DNA of 20,261 nt from Fidelibacterota bacterium (GTDB taxonomy: Bacteria > Fidelibacterota > Fidelibacteria > Fidelibacterales > Fidelibacteraceae), in the NCBI GenBank assembly GCA_034723415.1, contig JAYEOX010000036.1, positions 1,280 through 21,540 of the forward strand, in the 5' to 3' direction. The notes under the pieces are model-generated. The model made no database searches. It was not told where the DNA came from and saw nothing but the letters and a program-made list of their open reading frames with translations. Made by a program: the position numbers and the translations under genes. Numbering within the stretch: position 1 is the stretch's first letter; each line of letters starts with the position of its first letter. Shown piece after piece: positions 16,518 to 20,261 of this stretch.

Positions 16518-16862
16518 ATATTTATTATAACAATTTATTCTCACTTAGTCATTGATTTGTATCACAATGTAAAAATAATTTAAAAATAATACATTAACAA
16601 ATTTATTATTTAGAAAATTAATATATTAATAAAACAACAAATCAAATATTATCTAAAAAAAATATAATAAAAACTTAGTAATTTCATTCTTTAATACTTC
16701 TGCTGCGTTTTTAAGTAACCACTCCTTTTGGCGAATATTATTTTCCATGTTGTTTTTAAGATTATAGCCATAATATTTTTGAGAAATCATTTTTTCTTCC
16801 TGTTTTTATATTTTCTCATCTATTTTATTCAGATTTTACAAAAGGATTTCAGTCATATTAGA

Positions 16863-18101
16863 TTAATATAATAAATTATATTTTATTTTCACATATACCA
16901 TATCATTTTCATCATATTGCCCAAAATTTCCTTCATCACCAATAAAAATATTTGTTCCAATCAAAACATTAAAACCGTCGGAAAGATCATAACTAACTTT
17001 TGGACGAAGCAATGCATCTCCATCATTTATACCGTAATAGGAGAATAAGCTTAGTTCGAGTGTCTCATTTATAAATGTTTTGGAAGCAAGAAAAGTAGCG
17101 GTATTTGAAAATTCATCATTACGAATATCATCTTCATAATCCAAAATATATTCTTGAATAAATTGAAAACTTACATTTACACCAAACCAATTGTGGTCAT
17201 AACCGATTAGATAATGAGCATAATCTTTTTCTCTGATTCCATTTACGGAAAAATCTTCGGCTGAAAATTTCTTATCAAAGTAGTAGGCACCCTCTCCGCG
17301 AATCACTGCACCCAAAAGAGATTTACTAAAACTTGCTCCGATAAGTGGTAATCTGTGATATTCTGGTTTGATAATCAACGAATCCGGTTGTGGATTTCCT
17401 GGTGTAAAATAAGGATCAATGTGCATCGCTGGATTATCATCCCACATATAAGCAGTCATCAATTCAAAATCAATTGCACTTCCAAGATATGAATATTTCA
17501 ATGCAATTTCACTTTCAGAAAGTTTTTGCTCAACATTTGCTTGTGAATAATCAAATGTTGTGGGAATAGTAGAAAGCTCCATCTCGGGATACCAAATAGA
17601 ACTTTCTTCCGGTAAAATTGTCGGTTGAAATGTAGGCATCCAAACAGCTTCTATAGTTGAATTTCCAAGATAATAATCTAATTTCAAAGCATTAATTCCA
17701 ATTCTAATTTCTTCAAAATCCGGCAAAAGAAATTCTGAAAGATCTCTTGGAGAAATAACATCTGTGATAAAAACTCCATCTGCTTTTCCCCAAATTATTT
17801 GTTGCTTTCCAATCCTCAGATCAAAATTTCTAAAATAAATATCAAAATATGCTTGTCGCATACTAATAGCAAAATTTTTGTCTAATTCATCGTAATTAAA
17901 AACAGTATTTACGAAAAGTCCGACATCGCCTTTCCCATATTCCAATCGCCAATCAAAAGTATTCTGCAAAATAGAATATTCGCTATCTTCTGCTAATGCT
18001 CCAATATGTGTGCGGACAAATCCACGATGAGTAATTTGAGCATTTAACATTATCGTTATTGTTAATAGCAATACTGTAATAATAATTTTTTTAAATTTCA
18101 T
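16863..18101 (-). CDS. Outer-membrane beta-barrel protein (DUF1302-like)
   Basis: Signal peptide, RQAYFD...LRIGKQQIIWGKADG, aromatic-rich alternating strands, C-terminal YVKIKYN. Adjacent to a LolA-like gene. Confidence 0.7.
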   Translation of the reverse strand: MKFKKIIITVLLLTITIMLNAQITHRGFVRTHIGALAEDSEYSILQNTFDWRLEYGKGDVGLFVNTVFNYDELDKNFAISMRQAYFDIYFRNFDLRIGKQQIIWGKADGVFITDVISPRDLSEFLLPDFEEIRIGINALKLDYYLGNSTIEAVWMPTFQPTILPEESSIWYPEMELSTIPTTFDYSQANVEQKLSESEIALKYSYLGSAIDFELMTAYMWDDNPAMHIDPYFTPGNPQPDSLIIKPEYHRLPLIGASFSKSLLGAVIRGEGAYYFDKKFSAEDFSVNGIREKDYAHYLIGYDHNWFGVNVSFQFIQEYILDYEDDIRNDEFSNTATFLASKTFINETLELSLFSYYGINDGDALLRPKVSYDLSDGFNVLIGTNIFIGDEGNFGQYDENDMVYVKIKYNLLY

Positions 18102-18105
18102 GTGT

Positions 18106-18879
18106 TTATATTCCTCTTTTCATCATTCGTTCTGTAAATTTTCTATCGGATATTCCAGTATCTAATTTCACATTTTTCAATTTCATAATTGTTTTATGGT
18201 CAGATTGAACATTATGCATTATAGAGAGAGTGATGATTAAATAATCTTTGATTAATTCAAATTCATTAGCAGTAAGAATTTTCAGTAGATCGCCATCTTC
18301 ATCGTAGAATTCCTTTTTCAAACCGATCCATTTATCTTTAATGACCCAGGTAATTGTTTTGGAATACATATAATCTTCTTCTTTCGGAATGCTTTCCACC
18401 ACATAGCATTCCACACTGTCGATAGTTTCTTCATTTAATAATTTGTGTGTATCAGCGGTTGGTTGGCGATCGCCAAGATCATCATAAGTAAAATCCGAGC
18501 CCATAAAATAATCGCTTTTGCTATCAGATGAAATTCGTTTAACTCGCTTTAGTGCTGGCAGATAAATCCATTGGTCATCATCTTTTCCATCTTCATCATA
18601 ACTCCAATTCATAAAAGATGTATTATAAACATCAGCCGGAGCTGTAAAGAACATTGTTTTCTTCTCCATCTCACCATAATCCTTTAGAAATTGTTTGATT
18701 TCCCGAACTCGCTCATCACCACGAGAATTGATTAACGACATTGTTAGATCTGCTGTTTGGTCATTCCCAGTTGATCGGTTGTAAACCTTTTGGATAATTT
18801 GTAATCCGGTTAATTTCTGTGCTGATAACATTGATACTATTGTTAACAATGTTAATAACATAAGTGTGATTTTCTTCAT
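18106..18879 (-). CDS. Outer membrane lipoprotein-sorting (LolA-like/DUF1329) protein
   Basis: Signal peptide, FTAPADV, DDQWIYLPALKRVKRISS, FMGSDFTYDD, FYDEDGDLLK. GGAGG RBS precedes ATG at 18879. Confidence 0.88.
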   Translation of the reverse strand: MKKITLMLLTLLTIVSMLSAQKLTGLQIIQKVYNRSTGNDQTADLTMSLINSRGDERVREIKQFLKDYGEMEKKTMFFTAPADVYNTSFMNWSYDEDGKDDDQWIYLPALKRVKRISSDSKSDYFMGSDFTYDDLGDRQPTADTHKLLNEETIDSVECYVVESIPKEEDYMYSKTITWVIKDKWIGLKKEFYDEDGDLLKILTANEFELIKDYLIITLSIMHNVQSDHKTIMKLKNVKLDTGISDRKFTERMMKRGI

Positions 18880-18892
18880 TTCTTCCTCCAAT

Positions 18893-19437
18893 TTAATTTT
18901 CTGATTTTGTTATTACTTTACTGTTTTTTTTTAATATTCTTACTATTTCATTAATTTGATCTGTTTCAATCTTATTCTTATATTTAACTAACGCTTTGTT
19001 TGAATTATCTAAGAGAAGGATATTAACACTATCATCTTTTAACTTCTATTTTTTAACAAGTTTCTTATCATTATCAAAAACATAGGAAATATACGGTGAT
19101 TTTTTTCTTTTTTTTTGATTTTGGATCTAATAAACCATGTTGGAATAATGGTAGCTTCTGTATTCACGATATAAGTTATATTAAAATTGTCATTCTTTGA
19201 ACGTAATTTTTCAATCTTGTTAATTAATTCAGTACAAGAATGCATTTTATCAGGATCTGCATAAATGATTACATTCTTACTCCCAAGTAGAGAATTGCTA
19301 TTCCATTTTTCCCCGCTTGCATAACCACCGTCTTTCCCTGATAATTCTATCGGATTTAATTGAATTTGCTCAGCATTTAAAATGGCCAAAAAGACTATTA
19401 CGAAAATAGTTCCAAATATTAATTTATGTTTTTTCAT
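18893..19437 (-). pseudogene. YtfJ-family periplasmic protein, disrupted by a frameshift and a nonsense codon
   Basis: The 5' half is YtfJ-like (GEKWNS..L.G..VIIYADPD, IVN.EAT.IP.WFIRS). After the A9-G-A7 run (19100-19116) the likeness continues in another frame as SPYISYVFDNDKKLVKK*KLKDDSVNILLLD..., with TAG at 19048-19046 and a final TAA at 18895-18893. Confidence 0.75.
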
Positions 19438-19510
19438 TATTTAATTTTTCTTCATTTTATTTTCACTTATTTAATTTTGTTGTAGTTTTGTTTCATAAAA
19501 TTAATCTTAA

Positions 19511-20074
19511 TTATGGTAAATAATAAAATGTTGGCAGCGCTGAATGTAAATGAAGCCATTCAATAATATGAGCAAAAATTATTGTACTCAATATTAAAGA
19601 ATTATCCATTACAGCTCTCATAAAATTTTTAGGAGAAAAACTAACTAGTTTAGAATGATCTACCTTCAATGAGCTTGGGAAAAATCGCGGCACTGAGTTC
19701 ATATATGATTCGAAAGATTCACCAAATATTCGGTTTAATTTCCTCTCTTCCTGAAGTATAGTTGGCCAATGCATAATGAAGAATAATAGAGTAAAGAAAA
19801 ATGTCAACAATATCGAACGGAATACCAATCCTGCACCGAAAAAACTAAGAAAGCTGAAAAAATATAATGGATTACGACTAATTGAATAAGGGCCGGTAGT
19901 TATCAGCTTTTTATTTTTAAAACCGGAAATATAGGCAGAAGCCCAAGTACGTCCGAATGCTCCAATAATAAGTAAAACAATACCAAATGATTCTAATAAC
20001 AAATTGGTTATACCATTTTTTTCATATATATTTTGTGAAAAGAACAAAACCCCAATAATTATAATGATCGCCAT
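19511..20074 (-). CDS. Isoprenylcysteine carboxyl methyltransferase (Ste14/PEMT) family membrane protein
   Basis: GRTWAS.YI.G.K...LITTGPYSISRNPLY, EERKL...FG..F..Y...VPRF. The frame stays open upstream to ATC at 20104. Confidence 0.88.
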   Translation of the reverse strand: MAIIIIIGVLFFSQNIYEKNGITNLLLESFGIVLLIIGAFGRTWASAYISGFKNKKLITTGPYSISRNPLYFFSFLSFFGAGLVFRSILLTFFFTLLFFIMHWPTILQEERKLNRIFGESFESYMNSVPRFFPSSLKVDHSKLVSFSPKNFMRAVMDNSLILSTIIFAHIIEWLHLHSALPTFYYLP

Positions 20075-20079
20075 TATTT

Positions 20080-20259
20080 TTATTTTATAAATTCTTTTTT
20101 TGATCTTAATCCTCCCATCAATTTATCTATTATTATTCCCATAATAGTTACAAAAATAATTGTCATTCCTAATCTTGCTAACATAAATTCTATTCCAAGA
20201 AACTGCAATTCTATTAATTCTTGAGGAAGTTTTATACAAGCCCATGCTGATAGAAATAT
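20080..20259 (-). CDS. Small permease (ArsP/DUF318-like), C-terminal part (truncated by window; not in ORF track)
   Basis: Hand translation IFLSAWACIKLPQELIELQFLGIEFMLARLGMTIIFVTIMGIIIDKLMGGLRSKKEFIK*, a hydrophobic helix pattern typical of this permease family's C-terminus. Confidence 0.7.
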   Translation of the reverse strand: MFLSAWACIKLPQELIELQFLGIEFMLARLGMTIIFVTIMGIIIDKLMGGLRSKKEFIK

Positions 20260-20261
20260 CA

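Noticed and set aside
10810..16530. ORFs 10810, 11012, 12815, 14329, 15847 and 16249
   Set aside because: Antisense to tatD, metG, NFACT or sanA, with no recognisable motifs or RBS.
16863..16890. Damaged beta-signal of the barrel (ends YNLLY rather than YxF)
   Set aside because: It still ends in an aromatic residue, and a lesion cannot be shown without homologue alignment.
19046..19048. TAG read-through or alternative genetic code in the YtfJ-like gene
   Set aside because: TAG terminates hypA, rpsA, rsmA and metG at their expected ends, and the gene also has a frameshift.
14009..20261. Genomic island integrated at tRNA-Met
   Set aside because: No integrase follows the tRNA, the next gene is a core NFACT gene, and I saw no direct repeat of the tRNA 3' end downstream in the window.

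Overview
AT-rich bacterial window, standard genetic code (TAA, TAG and TGA all end recognisable genes). The gene content is compatible with an FCB-group or Marinimicrobia-like anaerobe, but this is a guess. Left to right: (1) the end of a [NiFe]-hydrogenase maturation cluster on + (partial hypD, hypE, hypA, a His-rich Ni transporter); (2) a long minus-strand housekeeping run, in transcription order adk, metG, tatD, rsmA, a cmk-rpsA in-frame fusion with its own internal S1 start, a YbbR/CdaR-like gene, tsaD and a VWA membrane protein; (3) a divergent elongator tRNA-Met and an NFACT/RqcH-like gene on +; (4) sanA and a partly decayed minus-strand envelope operon (partial permease, ICMT-family methyltransferase, YtfJ pseudogene, LolA-like protein, DUF1302-like beta-barrel). 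The most unusual signals are: several intergenic spacers filled with short-period tandem repeats (6-, 7-, 8- and 10-mers) and GC-GNA-GC mini-hairpins, sometimes nested; the Cmk-S1 fusion with a nested strong start; and an apparent single-base loss of an ATGA stop/start overlap. No CRISPR array, transposase or integrase was seen.
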